Shown: piece after piece, positions 1 to 7,363 of the stretch | How positions within the stretch are numbered: position 1 is the first letter of the stretch | How the letters are laid out: each line of letters begins with the position of its first letter | IMG/VR virus record: IMGVR_UViG_3300006879_000014 | Span: 1 to 31,538 of that record | Length of the DNA stretch: 31,538 nucleotides | Source of the DNA: a virus | Lineage: Duplodnaviria; Caudoviricetes | Strand: one strand, 5' to 3' | Position numbers and translations under genes: made by a program | Notes under the pieces: model-generated | The model's database searches: none | What the model saw: the letters and a program-made list of their open reading frames with translations, nothing else | Told to the model about the DNA's origin: nothing

Positions 1-70
1 AGGTGACGTGAGCCCGGCGGGCTTGCCCCCCGAAGATGGCCCGTAAAAACGTAGCGTTATCTACTTGCAT
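1..70 (-). CDS. 5' part of a gene running off the left edge (MQVDNATFLRAIFGGQARRAHVT...); possibly a phage primase/primase-helicase
   Basis: ATG at 70-68 preceded by GGAGAG RBS, just downstream of the HTH gene; open to the window edge. 'FLxAIFG...AHVT' recalls N-termini of phage primases, but only 23 codons are visible. Confidence 0.45.
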   Translation of the reverse strand, partial: MQVDNATFLRAIFGGQARRAHVT

Positions 71-82
71 GGCGCTCTCCGG

Positions 83-343
83 CTAAACTAGCTCAGCAAA
101 TCTTTCGCCGAGAGAGGCCATCAGATTTTCATCAAGGTTGCTGATGGTTTTTATCTCTCGAAACAGGGCAACTTTTTGTTTTTCGGTGAGGTCGTACACC
201 TCGTTCACTCGCAAGGCCATTCGAGCGGATAACGGGGCGCCTTTACACACGCGGTGTAGGTATCCTTGGTCGTGTCCTAGTCGCTTGGCAGCAACTCGAT
301 ACGAGTCCCCACTGGCCTCAATTATTTTCTGTAATGCGGTCAT
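83..343 (-). CDS. XRE/Cro-like helix-turn-helix DNA-binding protein (86 aa)
   Basis: Pattern 'LQKIIEASGDSYRVAAKRLGHDQGYLHRVCKG..LSARMALRV' fits XRE/Cro HTH; AGGAG RBS; has its own promoter. Confidence 0.7.
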   Translation of the reverse strand: MTALQKIIEASGDSYRVAAKRLGHDQGYLHRVCKGAPLSARMALRVNEVYDLTEKQKVALFREIKTISNLDENLMASLGERFAELV

Positions 344-357
344 CTTGCTCTCCTGAT

Positions 358-385
358 TAAAGGGGCCCGTGAAATCGGACCCCCT
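358..385 (-). terminator. Stem-loop/possible intrinsic terminator upstream of the HTH gene
   Basis: Minus strand GGGGTCCG-ATTTCA-CGGGCCCC followed by TTTAAT; 8-bp GC stem with one G-U pair; short U-tract. Confidence 0.45.
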
Positions 386-414
386 ACTCTACTCTCCCGT
401 TGCTCGCCGGTCAA
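386..414 (-). promoter_or_regulatory. Sigma70-type promoter for the HTH gene (TTGACC-17-TAGAGT)
   Basis: -35 at 414-409, -10 at 391-386, exact 17-nt spacer; the -35 contains the TGA stop of the upstream ORF. Confidence 0.65.
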
Positions 415-1151
415 TGCCCTTCAGATTTTCCGGCGATCTCTTCCTGCGTGAGACGAGTGCACTTCCCGCATCGGGCATCGGGCGCCAACCAATGGACTTC
501 TTTGTCACACCCGTAACACTTCCTCGTGGCGGGCACCCCTCTCCGGATATGGCTCCCCATCAACTGCAAGTAGACGTCGAGTCCCAGCGAGCACCCACGA
601 ACCCGGTCTTTTTCTTCGGACCAGAACTCTGAGAATTTCAAGAGGAACTCTTCCTTCTCCGCCTCCTCTGCGTCGGCAAGCGCTTTTCTCTCTGCTTCTT
701 TAACCACGTGCTCTAGTAGGTGAAGAGACACCGCTTCCTCTACTCCTTTCCGGTGGTGGTCCACCCCCGAAGTAGACAGCACCACTATAGGGCCTCCCCA
801 TTTGCTAAAGAAACTGAAAGGGAGGAGCTCTTCCCCGTCGATTATCAGGGCCTTCCGCGCCCTTCCCAGTTGGGCGTTGATGGGTTGCGCTCGGAGCCAA
901 CTTTCTCTCCGGCCTTCGTCCACCAGCCATCTGCTGCTGTGAACTGTGCACAGTCCTGTCGGGTTCTCGAACTCTCCGGCGAGGAAGAGAAACCGGCGGA
1001 CCACTTCCGTTGCTCTTCGATATTCCCCGAACGTACTCCCATGCTCGACGTACAGGACTGCGGTTTCCTTCGTTTCGTACGCTCTTTTTAGGAAGGCTCG
1101 GAGGACTCCATTTTTCACGGACCCTTTGGTAATCACGGCTTTAGTTATCAT
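411..1151 (-). CDS. Hypothetical protein (246 aa) with C-terminal Cys4 zinc-ribbon-like motif
   Basis: Start moved from the ORF-track 1223 to the ATG at 1151, which has an AAGGAGA RBS; C-terminal CYGC-x12-CGKC. Confidence 0.7.
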   Translation of the reverse strand: MITKAVITKGSVKNGVLRAFLKRAYETKETAVLYVEHGSTFGEYRRATEVVRRFLFLAGEFENPTGLCTVHSSRWLVDEGRRESWLRAQPINAQLGRARKALIIDGEELLPFSFFSKWGGPIVVLSTSGVDHHRKGVEEAVSLHLLEHVVKEAERKALADAEEAEKEEFLLKFSEFWSEEKDRVRGCSLGLDVYLQLMGSHIRRGVPATRKCYGCDKEVHWLAPDARCGKCTRLTQEEIAGKSEGH

Positions 1152-1500
1152 TGGTTTTCTCCTTGCAAGTAATCTCATCAGTGACACCCCAGCGTCGCGC
1201 GCACGTAACGCAGTAAACCTCATCGCCTTCCTCGACGTGACGGCACGTCGGGCCTCCTAGGCTCTGCTTGCGTATGAACTCTATGTACCCCTGCGGCAAG
1301 CGGGTGGACGCGCGGAACACCGTGCCATAATTGCCGTCGTACCCCACCCGTACCCGTACCGCGCTTTGGATCTTCAGATTGATGCGGGCGGCGAGGAAGG
1401 CAGAGGCCTCCATCACTGCGTCTTCTATCTTCCGGAAGGACCCGATGGAATGCCACCGGTCGCTTCCTAGCTCGGCCCACTGCATGATCACTTTAACCAT
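1141..1500 (-). CDS. Hypothetical protein (119 aa) with C-terminal CxH...CxxC motif
   Basis: AAGGAGA RBS; tight packing with neighbours; TCRH-x8-CVTC. Confidence 0.7.
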   Translation of the reverse strand: MVKVIMQWAELGSDRWHSIGSFRKIEDAVMEASAFLAARINLKIQSAVRVRVGYDGNYGTVFRASTRLPQGYIEFIRKQSLGGPTCRHVEEGDEVYCVTCARRWGVTDEITCKEKTNDN

Positions 1501-1501
1501 C

Positions 1502-1795
1502 TCAGTTCTCCTTCTTCACCCGCGCGGTGCACGTCACTTTTGTCAGATTGCCCTTGCGGTCGTGGAATGTTTCGGTGACCGCTCCGTTCGCATCGAGGCA
1601 AACCCTCGCGACTCGGATGGCGTCGCTTCTCTCGGCGGCTGGGAGCTCAGAATTTCCCTTCCCAGTCTCTGTAGTCATAACGCCCGCCCATGCTTCTTCC
1701 AATAGGCCTACCTTGTCGCGGATGCCACCCGCGAGGGCGACCCCGATTGCTATCGAGGCCACGGCTATAAAAATAAACCCTATCAATGCTCTCAT
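1502..1795 (-). CDS. Hypothetical membrane-anchored protein (97 aa)
   Basis: N-terminal hydrophobic helix LIGFIFIAVASIAIGVALAG; ATGA overlap with the upstream gene; two Cys in the soluble part. Confidence 0.7.
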   Translation of the reverse strand: MRALIGFIFIAVASIAIGVALAGGIRDKVGLLEEAWAGVMTTETGKGNSELPAAERSDAIRVARVCLDANGAVTETFHDRKGNLTKVTCTARVKKEN

Positions 1796-2172
1796 CCTTC
1801 TTCTCCTACTACCCGTGGCCCGTGCTCATCGAACGCGGGATCAAGGTAGGTCTGTGCCTCTAGGCACCGTTCGTCCACTAGGGTCTGAGCGTCTTCTTTT
1901 GTGGGGGCGAGAAGCACTTCTCCCTCGGTGAAATCTGGGTACCAGCTCGCTGCCTTCTCGGGCTTCCCTGCCGTGACCTTGAATGTTCTCAAAACATTCC
2001 GTTCGATAGTGATCAGCGCCCGCCAGTCAGGAGTCCCTAGGCTTTTGGCCTTCTCATAGTCCACCGCTCGAACGTCCCACCCGTTCCGGCGCGCCCGATT
2101 CGATTCCACGATAGCCTTGTTCGCGACCTCGTAGCGCGTCGCGCCCGTCAAGATTATGGTTGCTTCTTTCAT
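1792..2172 (-). CDS. Hypothetical protein (~126 aa)
   Basis: Start chosen at the TAATG overlap with the upstream stop (alternative ATG at 2181 after GAGGGA); the ORF-track extension to 2277 overlaps the upstream gene. Confidence 0.65.
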   Translation of the reverse strand: MKEATIILTGATRYEVANKAIVESNRARRNGWDVRAVDYEKAKSLGTPDWRALITIERNVLRTFKVTAGKPEKAASWYPDFTEGEVLLAPTKEDAQTLVDERCLEAQTYLDPAFDEHGPRVVGEEG

Positions 2173-2933
2173 TACGCCCATGGCCAGTCCCTCATCTCTC
2201 TTGCTACTGTGGGGTTTACGCGGCGGCCTTGCCTCCGCAGTGTCTGTGTGTATTTTTTCGATGCCGGATCCGCCCACATGTTATATGCCACTTGCTGGAT
2301 CAGCGCATAGGTCACCGATGCAATGCTGCAGCGCTGGAACCGTGGGTCATCCTTCGTTGCGATCGCGGACATTTGCAGATTCACCGCGCTTGGTCTTCCG
2401 TTCGGGGTCAAAAACCCCACGGACACCTCGATCATCGGGCCCTCCACGTCGAACGCCTTGCTTCCTCGATCCAAGTGCGGCATGGTCGCGCCCTCCGGTA
2501 CCAGTCCGCCGCGATCCACTACTCTGAACTCAGGGGCTTGGGCAAACGTGGGCATCAGGTGAGGCTTGGCGTGCAGCGGGGCCTCCCCATATTCCCAAGA
2601 GCCGGTGTTGGCGTCGTACGCTATCCGGCGACACGACTTGAGGGTGTATCCCCCTTCAAACTCCTCCACATACCACCCGAAAAATGAAAACACTTCGTTG
2701 ATTATGCGCGCGTTCTCTTCCCGCATTTCCTCATCCACGCCTACTCCGGCATGAACGTGAACTCCATTCTTCCGCATGATGATCTCACCGTACGATCTCA
2801 GCTGAACGTCGCCGTCGATGTTGGCAACGATCAGCGGCCCGCGAACGAGGGTGTCCCCGTCCACAAACGCCAGCGCGATCTTCCGCAGTACGCGGGCGTT
2901 GACTCTTCCCGTTTCAGTGGACTGTGCATTCAT
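2172..2933 (-). CDS. Hypothetical protein (253 aa)
   Basis: AGGAGAG RBS; long ORF co-oriented with the operon. Confidence 0.75.
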   Translation of the reverse strand: MNAQSTETGRVNARVLRKIALAFVDGDTLVRGPLIVANIDGDVQLRSYGEIIMRKNGVHVHAGVGVDEEMREENARIINEVFSFFGWYVEEFEGGYTLKSCRRIAYDANTGSWEYGEAPLHAKPHLMPTFAQAPEFRVVDRGGLVPEGATMPHLDRGSKAFDVEGPMIEVSVGFLTPNGRPSAVNLQMSAIATKDDPRFQRCSIASVTYALIQQVAYNMWADPASKKYTQTLRRQGRRVNPTVAREMRDWPWA

Positions 2934-3267
2934 TGGTCTCTCCTTCGCCTAACTCTTCTCGTAATTCTCCGATCGCGATCGCTTCCCCGCGAATGTCCAC
3001 GCGGGTCTCACTCACGTCGATCTCTAGCTGTTCCTCGATTCCTGAAATTACTCTCAACAGCGCGACGGTCATCGAGAACCCCGCGTATGTTGTGTGGTCC
3101 ACTTTTGCCGTGAGCTCCTCGACCCGCTTCGCCAGCGCGGTCTCGCGCTTCTCTGCCTCGCCTTCCGCCGCGCGCCATGCTGCCTTTGCTGCGGTGTACA
3201 TCAGGCGCGTATCCTGTGATGCTGGGAATTTGGCAAAGTATTCCTCTGCCCACTTATCGAAATTCAT
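2914..3267 (-). CDS. Hypothetical protein with coiled-coil segment (117 aa)
   Basis: GGAG RBS directly below a promoter; 'FDKWAEEYF...AAKAAWRAA' followed by a heptad-rich helix. Confidence 0.75.
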   Translation of the reverse strand: MNFDKWAEEYFAKFPASQDTRLMYTAAKAAWRAAEGEAEKRETALAKRVEELTAKVDHTTYAGFSMTVALLRVISGIEEQLEIDVSETRVDIRGEAIAIGELREELGEGETNECTVH

Positions 3268-3302
3268 TGTTATGTCTCCACTTATTCTTGCTGCGGGCCG
3301 CC

Positions 3303-3331
3303 ACTATGTGGCACCTTGACCTCCTTGTCAA
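3303..3331 (-). promoter_or_regulatory. Sigma70-type early promoter (TTGACA-17-CATAGT) with TTGAC-N6-GTCAA palindrome
   Basis: -35 at 3331-3326, -10 at 3308-3303; palindrome at 3316-3331; -10 lies inside a GCCAC-ATA-GTGGC hairpin; intergenic. Confidence 0.8.
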
Positions 3332-3344
3332 CGTCCTTCAGTGA

Positions 3345-3713
3345 CTACCCAGTCACCATTAAGAAAACCATGGTCAGTGCGACCGCGACCAACGCCGCAG
3401 TGCTTGCCCATAGGCCTCGCTTCAATGACCGCGCGAGCTGCCGGCTCTCTTCCTCCAAAATCCCAGCGGCCCAATCGAGGTCACCAAGGGTGGGGGTGTA
3501 GTCCTTGCGTGCGTTCGCCGCCATTCTCAGATAGTCCCGAACGCCGTCGTCGAACTGTTTTGAGCTCTCACTATCGTGCCCCATGCCTCCCAACAAGGAC
3601 TCAAGTCGATCGGCCTCAGCGCGCCGGTGAGATGCGCTTGCGAGCACGATAACCGCGTGCGCGATCCCCCGTTCGTAGTCTAACTTTCTGCCCTTCCTAG
3701 TTATGTTTTTCAT
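3345..3713 (-). CDS. Hypothetical protein with C-terminal transmembrane helix (122 aa)
   Basis: ATG at 3713 with AAGGAGA RBS; C-terminal LWASTAALVAVALTMVFLMV. Confidence 0.7.
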   Translation of the reverse strand: MKNITRKGRKLDYERGIAHAVIVLASASHRRAEADRLESLLGGMGHDSESSKQFDDGVRDYLRMAANARKDYTPTLGDLDWAAGILEEESRQLARSLKRGLWASTAALVAVALTMVFLMVTG

Positions 3714-3748
3714 CAGGTTTTTCTCCTTATTTTTGATTAAAAAATAGC

Positions 3749-4264
3749 CTAGAATCCCTCGGGTGCCTCGTCGAATCCTAGCTTTTGCACAGCCCACGTG
3801 GTCACCTCTCGGGTATCCATCGCCGTGCTTGGCCCAAAGGAATCAGCACAGATACAGAACTCAGGGGAATGCGGGCCCTTGTTCACCCAAAACTGGCCAT
3901 ATATCACGGGGACCCAAGCCCTGTTTTTGTCGTCATAGCGTACGGTCAGCACCGTGCCTATTTTGGGTAGCCGGCGCACGGGGATCATTTCATTCAACGC
4001 CAAGGCCGCCGCCGCTTCTTTTACGTCGGCCTCCTTGGTGCTCGCCGTGTAGTGGTCCGGCAGTATCCGCGTCACCTCGACACCGCCGTACCATGATGGG
4101 GGACCTTCCCCCGCCCATGAAAACCTAGCTATCCAAGCATCGCCCGCACGTTCCGTGCGCACCTCCACACCATGGAATGCCGCCGCCTCCAACGCGGTAA
4201 GCCCGCTGAGCTTTGCGTGTTCCTTCGATCCGAACCTTAGCGTTTTTTCGTTTAATAGCATCAT
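3749..4264 (-). CDS. Hypothetical protein (171 aa)
   Basis: GAGGTG RBS; ATGA overlap with the upstream ORF. Confidence 0.7.
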   Translation of the reverse strand: MMLLNEKTLRFGSKEHAKLSGLTALEAAAFHGVEVRTERAGDAWIARFSWAGEGPPSWYGGVEVTRILPDHYTASTKEADVKEAAAALALNEMIPVRRLPKIGTVLTVRYDDKNRAWVPVIYGQFWVNKGPHSPEFCICADSFGPSTAMDTREVTTWAVQKLGFDEAPEGF

Positions 4265-4473
4265 AGCCTTTCACCTCTTAGTCTAAATATCGCGGACCCG
4301 CCCACAGAATGGTAAATAATATCCGCGCCCAATAGACTCGCGCCTTCCGAACGCAGCCGTTCCACGTGCGATGCCGCTTGCGATATTAGTGAACCTAGGC
4401 TTTCGCCTTCGATTGCTTTTTGTTGCCCTAGTGCGGGCCCCTCAGGGCCCACGGGCGTAATGATGGCTAGCAT
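4261..4473 (-). CDS. Hypothetical protein (70 aa)
   Basis: AAGGGA RBS; tight operon packing. Confidence 0.65.
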   Translation of the reverse strand: MLAIITPVGPEGPALGQQKAIEGESLGSLISQAASHVERLRSEGASLLGADIIYHSVGGSAIFRLRGERL

Positions 4474-4483
4474 ATCGTTCCCC

Positions 4484-4702
4484 TTACTCGCCGTTTTCTT
4501 TTGGTGCCAGTTGGCGTGCTACTTGCCCGCGTACCGGCACCGCTTCAAAGTGAATTGAACAGCAGTATTCTGTTACGTCGTCCAATAGTGTTTGGAGGCC
4601 GGCAAGGTCCAACGGCGCGTGAATTACTTTGCCCGCGCCATCGGCCAGCGCGTCGGCCAGCGTGTCATAGTTGCTAGTGTTATAAATGATGAAAGTATTC
4701 AT
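4484..4702 (-). CDS. Hypothetical acidic protein (72 aa)
   Basis: AAGGA RBS; tight operon packing. Confidence 0.7.
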   Translation of the reverse strand: MNTFIIYNTSNYDTLADALADGAGKVIHAPLDLAGLQTLLDDVTEYCCSIHFEAVPVRGQVARQLAPKENGE

Positions 4703-4716
4703 AGCCTTATCCTTAA

Positions 4717-5004
4717 TTAAATGTAGGTGTTTTCGGGTGCGCTAAGGTCCCGCGCAAAACCGATGGCCAGCGGGTTGCGCTTGGTTGCCATGGCTTCGTT
4801 GAAGTACAGGGCGAAGCCGGACCACCCGAACACCGCCGCGCGTCGTGTCGCCTCAGTGCGCGCTTGTGTCACGGGCTTTCGACCGTCGACCCGCAGAACG
4901 TGGGCAACGTCGCCGCGTTCCCATCGCCCGTTGTTATATTCCAGCGGCCACACAACATACGCGCGGGCGCCGCGTGAGGGTCTGAAGGTGCTTACTGTTT
5001 TCAT
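4717..5004 (-). CDS. Hypothetical protein (95 aa)
   Basis: GAGGT RBS; co-oriented. Confidence 0.7.
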   Translation of the reverse strand: MKTVSTFRPSRGARAYVVWPLEYNNGRWERGDVAHVLRVDGRKPVTQARTEATRRAAVFGWSGFALYFNEAMATKRNPLAIGFARDLSAPENTYI

Positions 5005-5029
5005 GGTCTTACCTCTTATGGTTGTTTGC

Positions 5030-5066
5030 TTACTGCAGCGCGCTCAGGGGAACGCGCTGAGGTAAA
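5030..5066. other. Intergenic stem-loop (CAGCGCG...CGCGCTG); possible RNA processing or stability element
   Basis: 7-bp perfect stem at 5036-5042/5053-5059, extendable with TTAC/GTAA; no U-tract on the minus strand. Confidence 0.35.
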
Positions 5067-5068
5067 CA

Positions 5069-5461
5069 TTACACCGGTACCAAGTTGGGGTATTCGTCTT
5101 TATAGAACGCCCTCACCGCCTTCAATGCCGCTTCTTCTGGTAGGCGCTCCATGGCCTCAAGGTGTATGCGCTCCACCGCTTTGCTGGTGAGGCGCTTGGG
5201 AACGTCGCCGCCCAGCGCGACGCTTTGCGCAAGGTCCTCGCCCACAGCATGGCGGTGGGTTTCGTGCCCGCCTTCAGCGTCCACCACATGGTATGCGGTG
5301 ACCGTGTGGCGCATGAATGACCCGCTATGGTGTTTCGAGGTGCGAGCGGTGAGCACTAGCACCGCACGGTCACCGCCTTCTTGTTTGAATTTTAAGGTGC
5401 TCTCGGCGCTCCAAGGGCTTGTGGGCGTGGAGCGTCGAATGCGAGTTATATACTTGCTCAT
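5069..5461 (-). CDS. Hypothetical protein (130 aa), His-rich
   Basis: AGGAG RBS; starts 4 nt after the upstream stop. Confidence 0.75.
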   Translation of the reverse strand: MSKYITRIRRSTPTSPWSAESTLKFKQEGGDRAVLVLTARTSKHHSGSFMRHTVTAYHVVDAEGGHETHRHAVGEDLAQSVALGGDVPKRLTSKAVERIHLEAMERLPEEAALKAVRAFYKDEYPNLVPV

Positions 5462-5465
5462 GGTG

Positions 5466-5852
5466 TTACTCCTGTTGGTTTAATGGCTTGAATGAGAACG
5501 TGTCGCCGTACGTGTCTGCGAGTGTTACGCGAACTTCTATGACCGTCTCGAACGGTGTCCCTTCAAACAATGGCTCGCCCTTGCGAACGGTCATAGCGTT
5601 ATGGCTTACACCGGTGAGGCCCTTAACCAACGCGTTGATTCTACTGGCCGTGGTGCGCGTGGGGTACCCCGCGTGCCATACCCTCAGGGCGCCGCGATGC
5701 TTGTCGCCCCGCCAAGTTACGTACTCTGCGATAAGGTGACCGAATAGCCTTACCGATGCCACGCCGTTGGCGTGGGTGACTTCAGTGTTCCCTAGGTTTG
5801 CGTCATGGCCACCTAGCACCGCGCCAATTGCCTTCTGCTCGATCTTATTCAT
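5466..5852 (-). CDS. Conserved phage hypothetical protein (128 aa)
   Basis: True start is the ATG in the repeat cassette (AAAGGA RBS). 'MNKIE...GNTEV...SVRLFGHLIAE...GYPTRTTASRINAL' resembles a widespread phage family of unknown function (recalled). Confidence 0.75.
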   Translation of the reverse strand: MNKIEQKAIGAVLGGHDANLGNTEVTHANGVASVRLFGHLIAEYVTWRGDKHRGALRVWHAGYPTRTTASRINALVKGLTGVSHNAMTVRKGEPLFEGTPFETVIEVRVTLADTYGDTFSFKPLNQQE

Positions 5853-5921
5853 GATCTTATTCCTTTTGGTTTTCGTTGAACGTGAGCCCACTATGGGGCC
5901 CGTTGACTTGGTTGTCAACAC
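5850..5921 (-). repeat. Promoter-operator-RBS-ATG cassette, copy 1 (TTGACA-17-CATAGT)
   Basis: Nearly identical to 6485-6556; -35 at 5918-5913, -10 at 5895-5890; GTTGAC-N6-GTCAAC at 5902-5919. Confidence 0.9.
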
Positions 5922-6487
5922 TTTTTTGCATTATAGCTCACGGTACGCTTGTCAGTGCCCGTTGCGTTCGGGAACTCTAAGATGTATTCCCCCATGTTTT
6001 CGTCAAAAATGTTAGCCGCTGCGCTGCGCTGCAATTTAAGATCCTGTGAAGTCATTCGAATTACTTCAATTATACTTGGCGCCTCAACATAGTATGCCGC
6101 GCGGGGCATTGGCCATTGCTTGCCGTGCACGGGGTTGAAGGAACACGGCGTAACACGGAACACGCGCGGGCGGCCAAGCGTGATCGTTTCGCCCAAAAGG
6201 TCGGGGAATCCATTATAACTACTGGTGGCTTGCACCAATTCCAAGATGCTTTGCCCTTTGCTGAGCTGCGGTAGCACCGTGTGGTTAATCCATGCCGTGA
6301 TCTTATACTTTGCTTCTGCGACGCCCACGGCCTCTTTGAATTTTAGCCAAAATAGGCGCTTGCTTACTCTTCCCGTTGGGGTTGCGATGGTGGCCACGAT
6401 GGTAAACGCGCCGGCGGCACCTAGGTACGGATTGCTTTTGTTGAACAGAGCGCTTTCACGGCGTGAAACGATAGTTAGTGTTTTCAT
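5915..6487 (-). CDS. Hypothetical protein (190 aa)
   Basis: Start at the ATG of cassette copy 2; its stop TGA lies within the -35 of copy 1. Confidence 0.75.
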   Translation of the reverse strand: MKTLTIVSRRESALFNKSNPYLGAAGAFTIVATIATPTGRVSKRLFWLKFKEAVGVAEAKYKITAWINHTVLPQLSKGQSILELVQATSSYNGFPDLLGETITLGRPRVFRVTPCSFNPVHGKQWPMPRAAYYVEAPSIIEVIRMTSQDLKLQRSAAANIFDENMGEYILEFPNATGTDKRTVSYNAKKC

Positions 6488-6556
6488 GATCTTATTCCTT
6501 TTGGTTTTCGTTGAACGTGGGCCCACTATGGGGCCCGTTGACTTGGTTGTCAACAC
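6485..6556 (-). repeat. Promoter-operator-RBS-ATG cassette, copy 2 (TTGACA-17-CATAGT)
   Basis: -35 at 6553-6548, -10 at 6530-6525; palindrome at 6537-6554; -10 flanked by GGGCCC on both sides. Confidence 0.9.
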
Positions 6557-6564
6557 TTATTTTA

Positions 6565-6864
6565 CTACCGGATAAAAAACTCTAAGTTGAACGTGCCCCA
6601 CTTGTGAGCTTTCGGGCCCACCAATGCACCGCGCTTGCCGTTGTACGCCGCGACCGCTTCTTGCTCGCACAGCACGCTTAAACGCATTAGCACGGCGTCG
6701 GTAGGCATTGTGTCTACTCTCACTACCAAGGTGGGCTCGGTGGCGCTGTGTTCTATCTTAAATGCGCGGGCGGGGTGCTTTACTTTATTAAGCGCGGATA
6801 ACACGCGGCCTATGCTTATGGTGCCGCCGGCGGGGCGAGCTAGGCCTACATTTATTGTTGCCAT
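6565..6864 (-). CDS. Putative SAM lyase/hydrolase-like early protein (99 aa)
   Basis: INVGL...TEPTLVVRV...LSVLCEQEAVAAY...GALVG parallels recalled T3 SAMase (TEEKTVRVR...EWEQDCVLVY...AGLVY) and Svi3-3 motifs; first gene of the early arm. CDS is secure, function tentative. Confidence 0.5.
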   Translation of the reverse strand: MATINVGLARPAGGTISIGRVLSALNKVKHPARAFKIEHSATEPTLVVRVDTMPTDAVLMRLSVLCEQEAVAAYNGKRGALVGPKAHKWGTFNLEFFIR

Positions 6865-6932
6865 GATCTTAATCCTTATGGTTTTCGTTGAATGTGGGCC
6901 CACTATAAGGCCCGTTGACTTGGTTGTCAACA
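6862..6932 (-). repeat. Promoter-operator-RBS-ATG cassette, copy 3 (TTGACA-17-TATAGT)
   Basis: Slightly diverged copy; -35 at 6930-6925, -10 at 6907-6902; palindrome at 6914-6931. Confidence 0.9.
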
Positions 6933-7122
6933 TGTTACGCGAATCCATGTAAGTAATAGGCATTACACGGGAACGGGGCACAGATCCGTGCAAATGTGGC
7001 CACGTTTTTCACCGTGTGGCCAGCCGGTGGCCAGAGTTTTGGCTTGGCTCAATTCTGAGTCACGGAATAAACTTAACAAGATCAAAGGCTTAGGTGCTAT
7101 AGGGAAAGGCTATCGGTTTTCG

Positions 7123-7363
7123 TGACCACAGGTTGGCCACAAGTCTGACCGGCTGAGAGCCTGATTATACGGGGCGTTGGAGCAATAGTCAGTTAGATTA
7201 GTAGTAATATTATAGTAATAGTATATTTGTTTATATGTATGTATGTATGCAAATGCCCAGAAACCTTGCGAGCCGGAAAATGACCTGAGCCGTGCCACCT
7301 TTTTGGTGAGGCCGCATGTACTGGGCTTCTTAGCCGGTCAGACCTGTGGCCAACCCGTGGCCA
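7123..7363. repeat. ~40-bp imperfect inverted repeats flanking an AT-rich core; putative replication origin
   Basis: 7123-7161 TGACCACAGGTTGGCCACAAGTCTGACCGGCTGAGAGCC versus the reverse complement of 7324-7363; AT-rich tract at ~7185-7253. Confidence 0.7.

Noticed and set aside
4435-4450. GGGCCC-CTCA-GGGCCC hairpin resembling the promoter hairpins
   Set aside because: Lies within a coding region (GPEGP) with no -35 or -10 at the right spacing.
5850-6932. CRISPR array or integron attC sites
   Set aside because: The repeats are ~70 bp, contain a promoter and RBS, and are separated by whole genes; no cas or integron integrase is visible in the window.
138-6952. Plus-strand ORFs across the early arm
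   Set aside because: Antisense shadows of a tightly packed minus-strand operon whose genes have clear RBSs and coupled stops/starts.
5853-6993. Three ORF-track proteins sharing an N-terminal 'MLTTKSTG.IVG..STKT.R.KI' peptide, suggesting a common leader or signal peptide
   Set aside because: This is the translated promoter repeat; an RBS and ATG sit at the repeat's downstream end, so the true starts are 5852, 6487 and 6864.
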